Assembly (NCBI GenBank): GCA_040766025.1
Contig: JAXGRH010000003.1
Span: 95,074-159,073 of the forward strand
Length of the DNA stretch: 64,000 nucleotides
Direction of reading: 5' to 3'
Source of the DNA: Clostridia bacterium
Lineage (GTDB): Bacteria > Bacillota > Clostridia > Saccharofermentanales > DTU023
The notes beneath the pieces were generated by a model. The model saw only the letters and a list, made by a program, of their open reading frames with translations, did no database searches and had not been told where the DNA came from. Each line of letters starts with the position of its first letter. Within the stretch, counting starts at the first letter, position 1. Shown here in pieces: positions 52,591 to 62,800 of the stretch. The translations under genes and the position numbers were made by a program.

Positions 52591-53660
52591 TGTGTGATTT
52601 GACCCAAACCCTCCTGAAAGATACTTCTGATCCCAAGGAGGGTTTTTTATCACTCTTTCATGAATTCCCGAACGGCTTAGCCCCCATGGCGGGGTTTACT
52701 ACGGCGCCCTTTCGCAGCATCGCGGCACGCTTGGGGGCGTCTTTTACGGTCACAGAACTTGTCTCGGCGCGCGGCATTCGCCATGATCCCGATCTCCTAC
52801 GATCGGAACGCTATCTTCATCCCACCCCAGGCGATAAACCCTGGGGCATTCAGTTGTTTGGATTTGACGCGGAGGATTTCGCTTTTGCGATTGACCGATT
52901 GCTAAGCGATCCGCGCTACCGTGATGTATCTTTTATAGACCTCAACATGGGCTGTCCCGCTCCGAAAGTCATTCGGGAGGGCGCGGGCTGTGCCCTGATG
53001 CGCGATGAGGACCTGATCGGTCGCGTGGTCGAAGCGTCTGTGAAATCGGCGGCGCGTTATCAAAAGCCCGTGACGGTTAAAATCCGTTCCGGGATCTCAA
53101 AAGAACATATCAATGCGGTCCGTGTCGCGAAGATCGCGGAACAGTACGGTGCTTCAGCCGTCACGGTCCACGCGCGCACATTGGATCAGTATTACTCGGG
53201 GCATGCTGACTGGCAGGTCATCCGCGCGGTCAAAGAGGCTGTTTCCATTCCTGTGTTGGGCAACGGCGATCTGGAAAAGCCGGGGGATGTGGAAAAAATG
53301 CGCGAAATGACAGGCTGTGACGGCGCCATGGTCGGTCGTGCGGCGAGAGGCAATCCCTTCATTTTTTCCTGGTTAAAAGAAAAACCCGATACTGCGGTAA
53401 GTCTCTTGGAATATGTGTCCACCCAAGATTGGTTTGATGTCATGGTGGAACATTTGGACGCGTCGATCGATCTTTTGGGGGAAGCTGTGGCGGTGCGTGA
53501 AATGCGCTCTCAATTCGCGTTTTATTTAAAGGGATTTTCCGGTTCATCTGAGATCCGAAGGAAGGTCATGGAACCGGTGACAAGAGAGGGCGTTTTGGCT
53601 GTTTTGGAAGAGGCCCGCAGGATGCGGGAACAGGCCTTTTTGTTATACTTGAATCGTTAA
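52590..53660 (+). CDS. dusB: tRNA-dihydrouridine synthase
   Basis: LAPMAG, IQLFG, DLNMGCP, GAGCALM, VTVKIR, VHART, GNGD, MVGRAARGNP. Confidence 0.88.
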   Translation: MCDLTQTLLKDTSDPKEGFLSLFHEFPNGLAPMAGFTTAPFRSIAARLGASFTVTELVSARGIRHDPDLLRSERYLHPTPGDKPWGIQLFGFDAEDFAFAIDRLLSDPRYRDVSFIDLNMGCPAPKVIREGAGCALMRDEDLIGRVVEASVKSAARYQKPVTVKIRSGISKEHINAVRVAKIAEQYGASAVTVHARTLDQYYSGHADWQVIRAVKEAVSIPVLGNGDLEKPGDVEKMREMTGCDGAMVGRAARGNPFIFSWLKEKPDTAVSLLEYVSTQDWFDVMVEHLDASIDLLGEAVAVREMRSQFAFYLKGFSGSSEIRRKVMEPVTREGVLAVLEEARRMREQAFLLYLNR

Positions 53661-53672
53661 AGTGAAAGGAGA

Positions 53673-54611
53673 ATGGCGATGCAAAGTCACACGGAGCGTA
53701 TTGATTCGTCGGATGGCCGAACGAGTCTGTACCTCAGGCGATGGGAACCTTCGGGAGCGCCGCGCGCGGTCGTACAAATCGCGCATGGCATGGTGGAATT
53801 TATCGATCGTTACGATCGTTTCGCAAGCGTTCTGGCCGATGAAGGCATTGTAGTGTACGGGCACGATCATCTGGGGCATGGGTACTCCGTGGTCGACAAG
53901 AAAGACTGGGGTTTTTTTGCGGAAAATAACGGCAACCGCTGTGTGCTCGAGGATATGTTCACCGTGCAGCATCTGATCCGCGAACGCCATCCTGATTTGC
54001 CGTATTTTCTCTTAGGGCATTCGATGGGCTCTTTTCTCGTGAGGCAGTATTTGCACACCTTCCCTGAAGATCGTTTTTCGGGCGTGATCATCCTCGGGAC
54101 CGGCATGCAACCCGAATGGCTTTTGACATTGGGCTATATGATTTCCAAACTGACGAAATCGATCAAGGGCGCCCGGCATCGGAGCCCTTTTTTGACGAAG
54201 CTTTCTCTTGGGAGCAACAACAAATTTTTCAAACCCAACCGCACGGCCTGCGACTGGCTCACGCGCGATGAGGCGATTGTGGACCTTTATGTGGCAGATG
54301 AGCGGAACCAATTCATGTTCACAGCCCAGGCCTTTGCCGATATGTTCTACGGCATGAAAACACTTTACAACAAGGATAATTTGCGCCGCATGGATCCCAC
54401 GACGCCGGTGTTCATCGCGAGCGGTGCCGACGATCCGGTCGGGGAAATGGGGAAAGCCGCGCCTGCTTTGAAAAAGCAGCTTGAATCCTTAGGATTTTCT
54501 GATCTGACCCAGAAGCTTTATGAAGGGGCGCGTCACGAATTAGTAAACGAAATCAATCATGAGGAAGTCGATGGTGACATCCTGTCATTCATCCTTTGTC
54601 ATAGTAACTGA
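53673..54611 (+). CDS. Alpha/beta hydrolase (lysophospholipase-like)
   Basis: HGMVE, DHLGHG, GHSMGS, SGADDPVG, ARHELVNE. Confidence 0.88.
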   Translation: MAMQSHTERIDSSDGRTSLYLRRWEPSGAPRAVVQIAHGMVEFIDRYDRFASVLADEGIVVYGHDHLGHGYSVVDKKDWGFFAENNGNRCVLEDMFTVQHLIRERHPDLPYFLLGHSMGSFLVRQYLHTFPEDRFSGVIILGTGMQPEWLLTLGYMISKLTKSIKGARHRSPFLTKLSLGSNNKFFKPNRTACDWLTRDEAIVDLYVADERNQFMFTAQAFADMFYGMKTLYNKDNLRRMDPTTPVFIASGADDPVGEMGKAAPALKKQLESLGFSDLTQKLYEGARHELVNEINHEEVDGDILSFILCHSN

Positions 54612-54624
54612 AAGAGAGACAAAA

Positions 54625-56010
54625 ATGGCTGTTTATATGCCGGAACCGTACAGGATTAAGATGGTCGAACCGCTCAGGATGACCACCCGAAAAGAGCGCG
54701 AAGCGGCGATTCAAAAAGCGCATTACAATCTGTTTGGCTTGCGAAGCGAGGATGTCTATATTGACATGCTGACAGACAGCGGTACGGGCGCGATGTCCGA
54801 CCGCCAATGGGCCTCCATGATGATGGGGGATGAAAGCTACGCGGGCTCAAGGGGCTATTACCGCCTGATGGAGGTGCTGGACGAGTTGTTCGGCTGGCGC
54901 TATTTTCAACCGGTCCACCAGGGGCGGGCCGCGGAAAAAGTGCTGTTTCCCAATCTGTTAAAACCGGGGCAGGTCTCGATCTCGAACATGCATTTTGACA
55001 CCACTTCGGGGCATGTCATGCTCTGTGGCGCAAGGCCTGTGAACTGCGTGGTGAAAGAGGCCTTGGATCCCGTATCGCCCTATCCTTTTAAGGGCAACAT
55101 GGATATCGCGAAGCTTAGGGAATTGATTGAGTCGTACGGGCGCGATAAGGTTGGCATGATTGTCATTACGATCACGAATAATTCGGCCGGCGGGCAACCG
55201 GTGTCACTTCAGAACATCCAAGAAACAGCCGATGTTGCAAGGGAATATGAAATCCCGCTCGTGATTGACGCGGCGCGCTTTGCGGAAAACGCGCTGTTTA
55301 TTAAAGAACGCGAAGCGGGGCAGGAAAATCGAACGGTCCGGCAGATTATCAAGGATATGTTCGCCGTGGCCGACGCCTTTACGATGTCCGCCAAAAAGGA
55401 CGGCATTGTTAACATGGGCGGTTTGGTGGCTGTGCGGGAAGACGAGCAGCTGATGGAGGGGATTCGCCGCAACGTGGTACCGAACGAAGGCTTTTTATCC
55501 TACGGAGGACTTGCGGGCCGCGATCTGGAGGCGCTTTCACAAGGCCTTTTGGAAGGGGTCGATGAGGCTTTCCTGAAAAGTTACACGGGACAGACCAAGT
55601 ACCTTGTGGACCGCCTGGTGGAGCTTAATGTTCCCTGCCAGCAGCCGGCCGGAGGCCACGCGGTGTTTATAGACGCGCGGCAAATCCTGCCTCATATCCC
55701 TTATGACCGCTTCCCGGCGCATGCTTTCTCGGTGGCTCTTTACCAGGCGTCGGGTATTCGGGGTTGTGATGTGGGTTCGTTCATGCTGGATCCGGATCCT
55801 GAAACGGGCGAACAGGTGGAAGCGGCGATGGAATTTGCGCGTTTTTGCATTCCGCGCCGCACTTATACACAGTCGCATCTTGATTATGTTGCCTGTTCCA
55901 TGCATGATCTGCTGCAAAAAGCATCGACGATTAACGGTTTTCGCATTGTCCGTCAGGCGAAAGTGCTAAGACATTTTACGGCACAATTGGAACCGGAGCC
56001 GTTGCTGTAA
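54625..56010 (+). CDS. tnaA: Tryptophanase-like beta-eliminating PLP lyase
   Basis: EPYRIKMVE, LTDSGT, GDESYAG, HQGRAAE, MSAKKD (PLP Lys), YGGLAGRD, IPRRTY, LRHFTA (His as in tryptophanase, not Phe as in tyrosine phenol-lyase). Confidence 0.75.
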   Translation: MAVYMPEPYRIKMVEPLRMTTRKEREAAIQKAHYNLFGLRSEDVYIDMLTDSGTGAMSDRQWASMMMGDESYAGSRGYYRLMEVLDELFGWRYFQPVHQGRAAEKVLFPNLLKPGQVSISNMHFDTTSGHVMLCGARPVNCVVKEALDPVSPYPFKGNMDIAKLRELIESYGRDKVGMIVITITNNSAGGQPVSLQNIQETADVAREYEIPLVIDAARFAENALFIKEREAGQENRTVRQIIKDMFAVADAFTMSAKKDGIVNMGGLVAVREDEQLMEGIRRNVVPNEGFLSYGGLAGRDLEALSQGLLEGVDEAFLKSYTGQTKYLVDRLVELNVPCQQPAGGHAVFIDARQILPHIPYDRFPAHAFSVALYQASGIRGCDVGSFMLDPDPETGEQVEAAMEFARFCIPRRTYTQSHLDYVACSMHDLLQKASTINGFRIVRQAKVLRHFTAQLEPEPLL

Positions 56011-56069
56011 TAGAATAAATCAGCCATAGGCTATAATAGGTAAAAAATATCTTCTCGAAGGGGGAATCT

Positions 56070-58142
56070 ATGAATCTTACGACAGATAAAATCAGGAATA
56101 TCACCGTGATGGGTCATGGCGGCGTCGGCAAAACGGCGTTTGTCGAAGCCGCTCTTTATAACGCGGGTGTGATCGATCGCATGGGTCGGTCAAACGAAGG
56201 CAACACTGTCACCGACTTTGACGCGGAAGAGATACGCCGCGGCGTGTCCGTCAGTACTTCGGTGGCCTGGTGCGAATGGAAAAAACATAAAATCAATTTC
56301 ATCGATACGCCGGGTGATTTTGATTTCTTAGGAGAACAGTTGCTCGGCATGTACGCGGGTGACACCGCCCTGATTGTCATGTCCGCCAAGGACGGATTGT
56401 CCGTCGGTGCTGAAAAAGCCGTGCGTAACGCGGCCGGCGTCAATATTCCTGTGTCCTTTTTCATCAATCGGATGGATGAACCCAACGCCAACTTTGAGAA
56501 GACTTTAGGTGACCTTCGCGACGCATACGGCCAACGTGTGCTGCCCCTGGCGCTTCCGATCCTGGAAGGCGAAAAGATGACGGGACTCGTCGACGTGATG
56601 GGCGGTAAAGCCTATGCTTTCTCGGGCAAGCGTGGTGAAATGAAAGCCATCGATCTTCCCTCTGACTTGGAAGCTCTGGTCGAAGAGTACGGCGAGCAAA
56701 TCAAAGAGCAGATCGCTGAAAACGATGAGCACTTAATGGAAAAATACTTCGAAGGTGAAGCGTTTACGCCCGACGAAGAGTCAGAAGGGATGCGCAAGGC
56801 GATTACAGCCGGATCTATTATGCCGGTTCTCGTCGGTTCGGCCCAGGAGAATCTCGGTATCTCTTTCACGCTCGATCTCATGACGCGTTACATGCCGACT
56901 CCTGTGGACGGACACCCGGTCACGGCGGTGAAAGAAGATGGCGAAAAAATTCTCCTTCACTCCGAGTCAGAAGGACCGCTTGCGGCCTTTATCTTCAAAA
57001 CATTTGTGGACCCCTTTGTCGGAAGAATTTCGTTGTTCCGCGTCTTTTCGGGCACCTTTAAAGATGAGGGCACGATCTATAACGTGAATCAGGAAAAAGA
57101 AGAGCGCCTGATCGGGCTGAACTTCCAAAATGGTAAGAAGCAGCAGCCGACCGAAGTGGTGGTCGCCGGGGATATCGGCGCGATCGCGAAGCTGTCGGAA
57201 ACGAAAACCCTTGATACCTTGACGACAAAGGCCGAGCCTTTGAGAATCGAGGGGCCTGAGATGCCTGTTCCCTGCCTGACCCTGGCCATTGCGCCCGTCA
57301 ATAAAGGTGAGGAAGAAAAGATCATGCAGGGGCTCGTTCGCCTGCAGGATGAGGATGTGACTTTCACCATCGTGAACGATGCGGAGACACGTCAGTTCAG
57401 ACTCTCCGGTTTGGGTGAGGTGCAGCTCGATGTCATCTCAGCGCGTCTGAAATCTAAATTCGGTGTTGAAGCGGTGTTAAGTGAGCCGCGCATTGCGTAC
57501 CGCGAGACCATTCGCAAGAAGGTCAAGGTGCAGGGCCGCCATAAGAAACAGACCGGCGGTCACGGACAGTACGGAGATGTGTGGATTGTCTTTGAACCGG
57601 GAACTGAAGAGGGCCTTGAATTTGCGGAAGAGGTGTTCGGCGGATCCGTTCCGAAGAACTACTTCCCGGCTGTTGAGAAAGGCTTGCAGGAAGCGATCGT
57701 GGAAGGCGTCCTCGCCGGTTACCCGATCGTGAATCTGAAGGCCACGCTTGTGGACGGTTCTTACCACGATGTGGACTCAAACGAGTTGTCCTTTAAGCTG
57801 GCGGCAAGGCTTGCGTACCGCGCGGGGTTGCCTCAGGCGGATCCGGTGCTCCTTGAGCCCATCGACAAGCTGTACGTGCATATCCCTGATGATTTCTTAG
57901 GAGACATCATGGGGGATTTGAACAAGCGCCGCGGGCGTATTCACGGTATCAATGCTGACTCGATTCCCGGATTCCAGGTTGTGGAAGCCGAGGCGCCGCG
58001 CGCCGAGATCGCAAAGTATGCCACGGACCTGAAGTCGATGACGCAGGGTCGCGGATGGTTTACGGTTGAGTTTGTCCGCTATGAGCAGGTTCCGCAAAAT
58101 ATCGCGGATCGCATTATTGCGGCTGCCCAGTCGGAAGAATAA
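56070..58142 (+). CDS. Elongation factor G paralogue (EF-G2/FusA2-type)
   Basis: GHGGVGKT, DTPG, five-domain EF-G layout, HKKQTGGHGQYGDV, DGSYHDVDS; outside the str operon. Confidence 0.88.
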   Translation: MNLTTDKIRNITVMGHGGVGKTAFVEAALYNAGVIDRMGRSNEGNTVTDFDAEEIRRGVSVSTSVAWCEWKKHKINFIDTPGDFDFLGEQLLGMYAGDTALIVMSAKDGLSVGAEKAVRNAAGVNIPVSFFINRMDEPNANFEKTLGDLRDAYGQRVLPLALPILEGEKMTGLVDVMGGKAYAFSGKRGEMKAIDLPSDLEALVEEYGEQIKEQIAENDEHLMEKYFEGEAFTPDEESEGMRKAITAGSIMPVLVGSAQENLGISFTLDLMTRYMPTPVDGHPVTAVKEDGEKILLHSESEGPLAAFIFKTFVDPFVGRISLFRVFSGTFKDEGTIYNVNQEKEERLIGLNFQNGKKQQPTEVVVAGDIGAIAKLSETKTLDTLTTKAEPLRIEGPEMPVPCLTLAIAPVNKGEEEKIMQGLVRLQDEDVTFTIVNDAETRQFRLSGLGEVQLDVISARLKSKFGVEAVLSEPRIAYRETIRKKVKVQGRHKKQTGGHGQYGDVWIVFEPGTEEGLEFAEEVFGGSVPKNYFPAVEKGLQEAIVEGVLAGYPIVNLKATLVDGSYHDVDSNELSFKLAARLAYRAGLPQADPVLLEPIDKLYVHIPDDFLGDIMGDLNKRRGRIHGINADSIPGFQVVEAEAPRAEIAKYATDLKSMTQGRGWFTVEFVRYEQVPQNIADRIIAAAQSEE

Positions 58143-58152
58143 TGACATAGGA

Positions 58153-58186
58153 GGGATGCCGAACTGTCTCAACAGATCGGCATCCC
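58153..58186 (+). terminator. Hairpin after the EF-G paralogue (no U tail)
   Basis: GGGATGCCGA.CTGT/ACAG.TCGGCATCCC stem. Confidence 0.4.
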
Positions 58187-58209
58187 CATCCCAATGAAAA
58201 GATCAGCGC

Positions 58210-59625
58210 TTGCGACTGATCTTTTGTTTTCAAAGGAGAAGAGGCTCCGCTTTGTTTCAATTCATACAGGTCACGGCAACATATCTCATTGATCCCAACG
58301 GTATACCGGTCGGGGCTGCGGTTCTCTTGTCCGTCCTCCTTTTGTTGCTTGTAAGTATTCTTACTGCCTTTGACAAGGCGTGCCGCATTCTGCCTCAGGG
58401 GAAGCTTGAACAGCAGTCTGCTTCAGGCGATCGAAAAGCGAAATCTCTTTTGCGTCGCATGAGTGATTCGAAGCGGTTCTTCCGGCAACTTGTTTTCGCG
58501 AAGCTTCTTTACGGCGCGTCATTTTTCATGTGGACTGCCCAAGTCACGATCCCGTTGATTTTCCCATTTAAAGGAAATTCCCCTTTCATCTCCTTCTTGC
58601 TTGCTGTGCTCATCGCGCTCAGCATCATGCTTATTTTCTATGTCTTTGCCATTGAGTTACCGGGGCGTGTGGCCGGGGGTAAAGAGGGGCAGTTTGCCCG
58701 CTCGAGCGGTTACCTGATCATGATTCTTATGGCGCCTGTTTATCTTTTGGAGTGCGTGGCGCATTTGTTCGCAGGTGTCCTGCTTCGCCTGACGCATATT
58801 CGTGAGGTGGAAGATGCGGGGGTGGCGCCGACGGAGGAAGAGTTTTTGCAGATGCTGGAAGCGGGCCACGCAAAAGGCGCGATTGAGGACGATAATCGTG
58901 AGTTGATCCAGAATTTGTTTGAGTTCGATGATAAGATCGCGGCCGAGGTAATGACGCACCGAACGGAAGTTGAGGCGCTTCCTGTGGAGGCGAGTTTAGA
59001 GGAGACGATGTCGTTTTTGTACAGCACGAAGTACACGCGTTTTCCCATTTACGACGGCTCGGTGGACAATATTATCGGTGTGCTGCACGCGAAGGACTTG
59101 TTGTTTTACCACGATCAGTCGGCGGAGGAGAGTCACTTTGAACTTACCCGTATCATGAGGCCTGCCTGGTTTACCCCTGAAACTCGAAACATTAGCGATC
59201 TGTTCCGCGAGATGCAGCAAAATCACATTCAGATGGCGATTGTCATTGATGAATACGGTGGGACGGCAGGGCTTCTTACGATTGAGGATTTGGTTGAACA
59301 GATCTTGGGCAATATTGAGGATGAGTACGACGAGGCGGAGCAGGAGATGATTGAGATCGCGCCTGACACTTGGCTTGTTGAGGGCAGTTTCTCGGTGGAT
59401 CAGCTGTCGAAGGTGACGGGTGTTTATTTAGGTGACGATGAGTATGATACGGTGGCGGGACTTGTGATTGAGTTGCTTGACCGTATTCCGGAGGAACATG
59501 AACGGCCTACCGTTCAATACGGTGAGTTGCGTTTTCATGTGCTTGCCATTTCGGATAATCGAATCGTCAGGCTGCGTGTGACCAAAGAAGGAGCGGAGGA
59601 TAAAAGTGACGAATCGGTCGAATGA
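58210..59625 (+). CDS. CNNM/CorC hemolysin-family CBS protein; start uncertain
   Basis: DUF21-type TM region, EVMTHR, YTRFPIY, AIVIDEYGGTAGLLTIEDLVEQILG, CorC/HlyC C-terminal domain. Confidence 0.88.
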   Translation: MRLIFCFQRRRGSALFQFIQVTATYLIDPNGIPVGAAVLLSVLLLLLVSILTAFDKACRILPQGKLEQQSASGDRKAKSLLRRMSDSKRFFRQLVFAKLLYGASFFMWTAQVTIPLIFPFKGNSPFISFLLAVLIALSIMLIFYVFAIELPGRVAGGKEGQFARSSGYLIMILMAPVYLLECVAHLFAGVLLRLTHIREVEDAGVAPTEEEFLQMLEAGHAKGAIEDDNRELIQNLFEFDDKIAAEVMTHRTEVEALPVEASLEETMSFLYSTKYTRFPIYDGSVDNIIGVLHAKDLLFYHDQSAEESHFELTRIMRPAWFTPETRNISDLFREMQQNHIQMAIVIDEYGGTAGLLTIEDLVEQILGNIEDEYDEAEQEMIEIAPDTWLVEGSFSVDQLSKVTGVYLGDDEYDTVAGLVIELLDRIPEEHERPTVQYGELRFHVLAISDNRIVRLRVTKEGAEDKSDESVE

Positions 59626-60279
59626 TGACAAACTTGGGGTATCGGCTGTCCTCTTTGATATTGACGGCACCATGATCGATACGGTCCCCCTGATTGTCGC
59701 GTCTCACCGCCATACTTTTAATGAGATTCTTGGCTGGGTGCCTTCGGATGATGAAATTTTGGCAACAGTCGGGGAACCCCTTGTCACTACTTTTGCCCGC
59801 TACGATAAAAGTGACCGATTGTTGCAAGAATATATTGACTGGAGTGTGCCGCGTACGGCTACGCATTGCCAACTTTTTGACGGTATCCGCCCGACGCTTG
59901 AAACGCTTCGGGCCCAAGGGTTTCTGACAGGTGTTGTGACCGCGCGCCGCTGTGACGGCATGCAGGTGTGCCTTGACGCTTTTTATTTGAATGAACTTTT
60001 TGACGTCACGGTTTGTGCGGAGGAGACTGAACGCCATAAGCCTGAACCGGACCCTATCTTTTTGGCCATGGAGCGCCTGAATATTAAGGATCCCCAACAT
60101 ATCCTTTATGTGGGTGACACCGTGCACGATCTTTTGAGTGTCAAGCGTGCCGGGGGCCACTTTGCGGCGGTTGATTGGACTGCGATGGATAAGGAGGCGA
60201 TAGGAGGCACTTTCACCTACGCTCTGGATCAGTCATTTTGAGGGAGCTGCCGGATCGCCTGCAGCTTGTGGAGGCATGA
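59606..60279 (+). CDS. HAD-superfamily phosphatase (PpaX-like); 3' frameshift
   Basis: LFDIDGTMIDT, VVT, HKPEPDP, YVGDTVHD; tail WISHLRELPDRLQLVEA* in another frame. Confidence 0.82.
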
Positions 60280-60308
60280 AAATCCCCGCAGTGGTTCCGG
60301 GGATTTTT
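60279..60308. terminator. Bidirectional terminator between the HAD gene and sod
   Basis: AAAATCCCCG...CGGGGATTTT. Confidence 0.7.
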
Positions 60309-60340
60309 ACTACTCATTATTTATCATTTGCTTCTAAGGG

Positions 60341-60955
60341 TTAGCCTAAGTCTTCCCTATAGCGCTTGGCGACGACGTCCCAGTTGACGTGACATTCCAC
60401 CAGGCCTTCAGGTACTCAGGGCGCCTGGTCTTGGTACTTCAAGTAATAGGCATGCTCCATGTGACATCGTTGCTAAGCAAGAAGCGGATTTGTCCCTTTG
60501 CTGATCGGTGCGTCCTGATTGGCGGTGCTCGTGATTTTTAACTTACCGTCCTCTAGGACAAGCCAAGCCCAGCCACTGCCGAATTGGCCGGCGCCGGCCT
60601 TTTCAAACAGATCCTTCATCTTCTCAAAGTCACCGAAGGTTTCATCGATGGCCTTTTTCAAATCGCCTTGGGGCTCTTTCGCGCCGCCGGGCGTCATACT
60701 CTCCCAAAAAGCGTGTGGTTATAATGGCCACCGCCGTTGTTGATAACCGCCTGGCGTTTGGCTTCAGGGACCTGCATAAGATCTCTTTAACAGTTCCTCA
60801 ATCGTATTCGCCTTGAGGTCAAGACCCTCAATGGCATTATTTAAATTATTGACATAAGCCTGATGGTGTTTTCCGTGGTGGAGCTCCATCGTCTGTTTAT
60901 CAATGATGGGCTCTAAAGCGTCGTAAGGGTATTTTAAATCGTCTAGTTTGTACAT
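60341..60955 (-). CDS. sodA: Fe/Mn superoxide dismutase; several frameshifts
   Basis: [60 protein letters not shown]. Confidence 0.88.
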
Positions 60956-61141
60956 GGTGTGCCTCCTTTATTGCTCATGTAACCGGAATGACCGGATGTA
61001 GTCTGTAGCTATCATACGCAGGTATTTTGGCCCCGTCGTACCAAGAGTACCTATGTCCACTTTGCTTCTGTTTGTTTCAGAAGAGCTCTGTTTGTGCTAC
61101 ACTTTCCTACGCGTAGAGCAAAACATAAAGAAGGTAATGAT

Positions 61142-62743
61142 ATGGCAAAAAACGAATCGACCGAGTGGAAACACGACATCGCCCGTGCAGAACGCAAAGC
61201 GCGTCTGTCGCGGATGAAAGATGCAGAAGGTCATAAAAGAAAAATCGAATCACGTTCAATCTGGAAAAAACTCACCCTGTCAATCGTCGCCGTCGCACTC
61301 GTCTTAGCGTTGGCTGTTTGGCTCATTGCCTCCACAGGCGTGGTCACAAAGTCAGTCACCGCGATGACCGTCGCGGACCGCAAATTGACCGCCGCCGACA
61401 TCAACATGGTGTTAGGCAACATGACGGCATCCGAGCAATACGGATTGGCGTTTACAGACGAGTTTCAAAATATCTTGGACCAGCCGTCCCAATATGGCGA
61501 AGGCGGCACCGTGCGTGACGATCTTCTCAACCAGGTCATGCCCGGCATCACATTCATGTACGCGGCTTTAAGCGACATGGACAAAAATCAATTTAAACCG
61601 ACCGAAGCCCAGCTGGCGCAAATTGAAGAGGGGATAAAAGGCCTAAGGGATCAGTTCGCCGAGATGGCTGTGACAAGCGGTCGTGGCGTGCGCGGACTCT
61701 TGAAACTCTATTACGGCCCCGGAACCAGCATGAGCATGGTCGAGCGCGATCTTCGCAATGCCATGATGATCAACTTCTATGAAGAGGAGATCAAAAGCCA
61801 AGCCGACCTGTCGGATGCCCAAGTAGAAGCTTTCTACCAAGAGCATAAAGACCAGTTGGATGTATTCTCCTATAACTCATACGTGTTCACACTCGAAGAA
61901 GACGAGGATTGGACCGAGGACGAAAAAGAAGAAGCCTTGGAGGATCTTAAAAACACCGCGGAATTGGCCCTTTCTGACTTAAAAGAAAATGCCTTCAAAG
62001 ACGCCGTGCTCTTACACCTTTCAGAAGAAGACGCAAAGGCGCTTGAAGAAAACCCTGATTCTCTTTTCACACGCAAAGCACGTGCCGAAAAAATCACGAC
62101 AAAGATTTACGACTTTGTTAAAGAAGAAGATCGGAAAATGGGAGACGCGATCGTCATTGAGGGCACCGACTCCATGATTTTAGTTGAATTCAAAAGCCGT
62201 GAAAAAGACAACTTCAAACCTTATTCCGTCCGCCATATCCTAATCGCAAATAGCGAAGAAGAGGACAAGAGCGACAAAGAACTCAAAATGCAAGCCGATC
62301 GTGTTCTTGATGAGTACATGGCGGGTGACCGTAGCGAAGAAGCCTTTGTCAAACTCGTCGTGCAGTACAGCAAAGACCCCGGTAGCGTACAGGCCGGCGG
62401 TCTTTACAGCGATGTGCCCTCAGGAAAGATGGTCCCCGAGTTTGAAAACTGGTGCACAGAAGAAGGTCGCAAAAAAGGCGACACCGGTATTGTGAAATCC
62501 ACGCATGGCTACCACATTATGTATTTCGAAGGCTATGGGGATGAACCCGAACTGCCCGGAAAGATCAAGGGATATCTAGTAGAGGAATACCTCAACCAAT
62601 GGATCAGCGACATCGCTGAAAACGCCCAAGTGGTGCGCCATCCCTTCGGCATGAAATTTGCCGGCAAAGTCAATTTCTTTGACGCACTGTTCAGCCCGGC
62701 ACCCAAAGAACCCGAAGCGACCGTTCCGCAGTTGGAATCCTAA
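61142..62743 (+). CDS. Membrane-anchored parvulin-type peptidyl-prolyl isomerase (PrsA/PpiD-like)
   Basis: One TM helix, VRHILI, YSKDPGS...GGLY, MVPEFENW, GDTGIVKSTHGYHIMYF. Confidence 0.85.
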   Translation: MAKNESTEWKHDIARAERKARLSRMKDAEGHKRKIESRSIWKKLTLSIVAVALVLALAVWLIASTGVVTKSVTAMTVADRKLTAADINMVLGNMTASEQYGLAFTDEFQNILDQPSQYGEGGTVRDDLLNQVMPGITFMYAALSDMDKNQFKPTEAQLAQIEEGIKGLRDQFAEMAVTSGRGVRGLLKLYYGPGTSMSMVERDLRNAMMINFYEEEIKSQADLSDAQVEAFYQEHKDQLDVFSYNSYVFTLEEDEDWTEDEKEEALEDLKNTAELALSDLKENAFKDAVLLHLSEEDAKALEENPDSLFTRKARAEKITTKIYDFVKEEDRKMGDAIVIEGTDSMILVEFKSREKDNFKPYSVRHILIANSEEEDKSDKELKMQADRVLDEYMAGDRSEEAFVKLVVQYSKDPGSVQAGGLYSDVPSGKMVPEFENWCTEEGRKKGDTGIVKSTHGYHIMYFEGYGDEPELPGKIKGYLVEEYLNQWISDIAENAQVVRHPFGMKFAGKVNFFDALFSPAPKEPEATVPQLES

Positions 62744-62775
62744 TAAATCATTCGGGTTTAAAAACGTGAAAATAA

Positions 62776-62799
62776 TAGCGCGGCCTTCGGGCCGCGCTA
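62776..62799. terminator. Terminator hairpin between convergent genes
   Basis: TAGCGCGGCC-TTCG-GGCCGCGCTA (cUUCGg tetraloop). Confidence 0.8.
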
Positions 62800-62800
62800 C

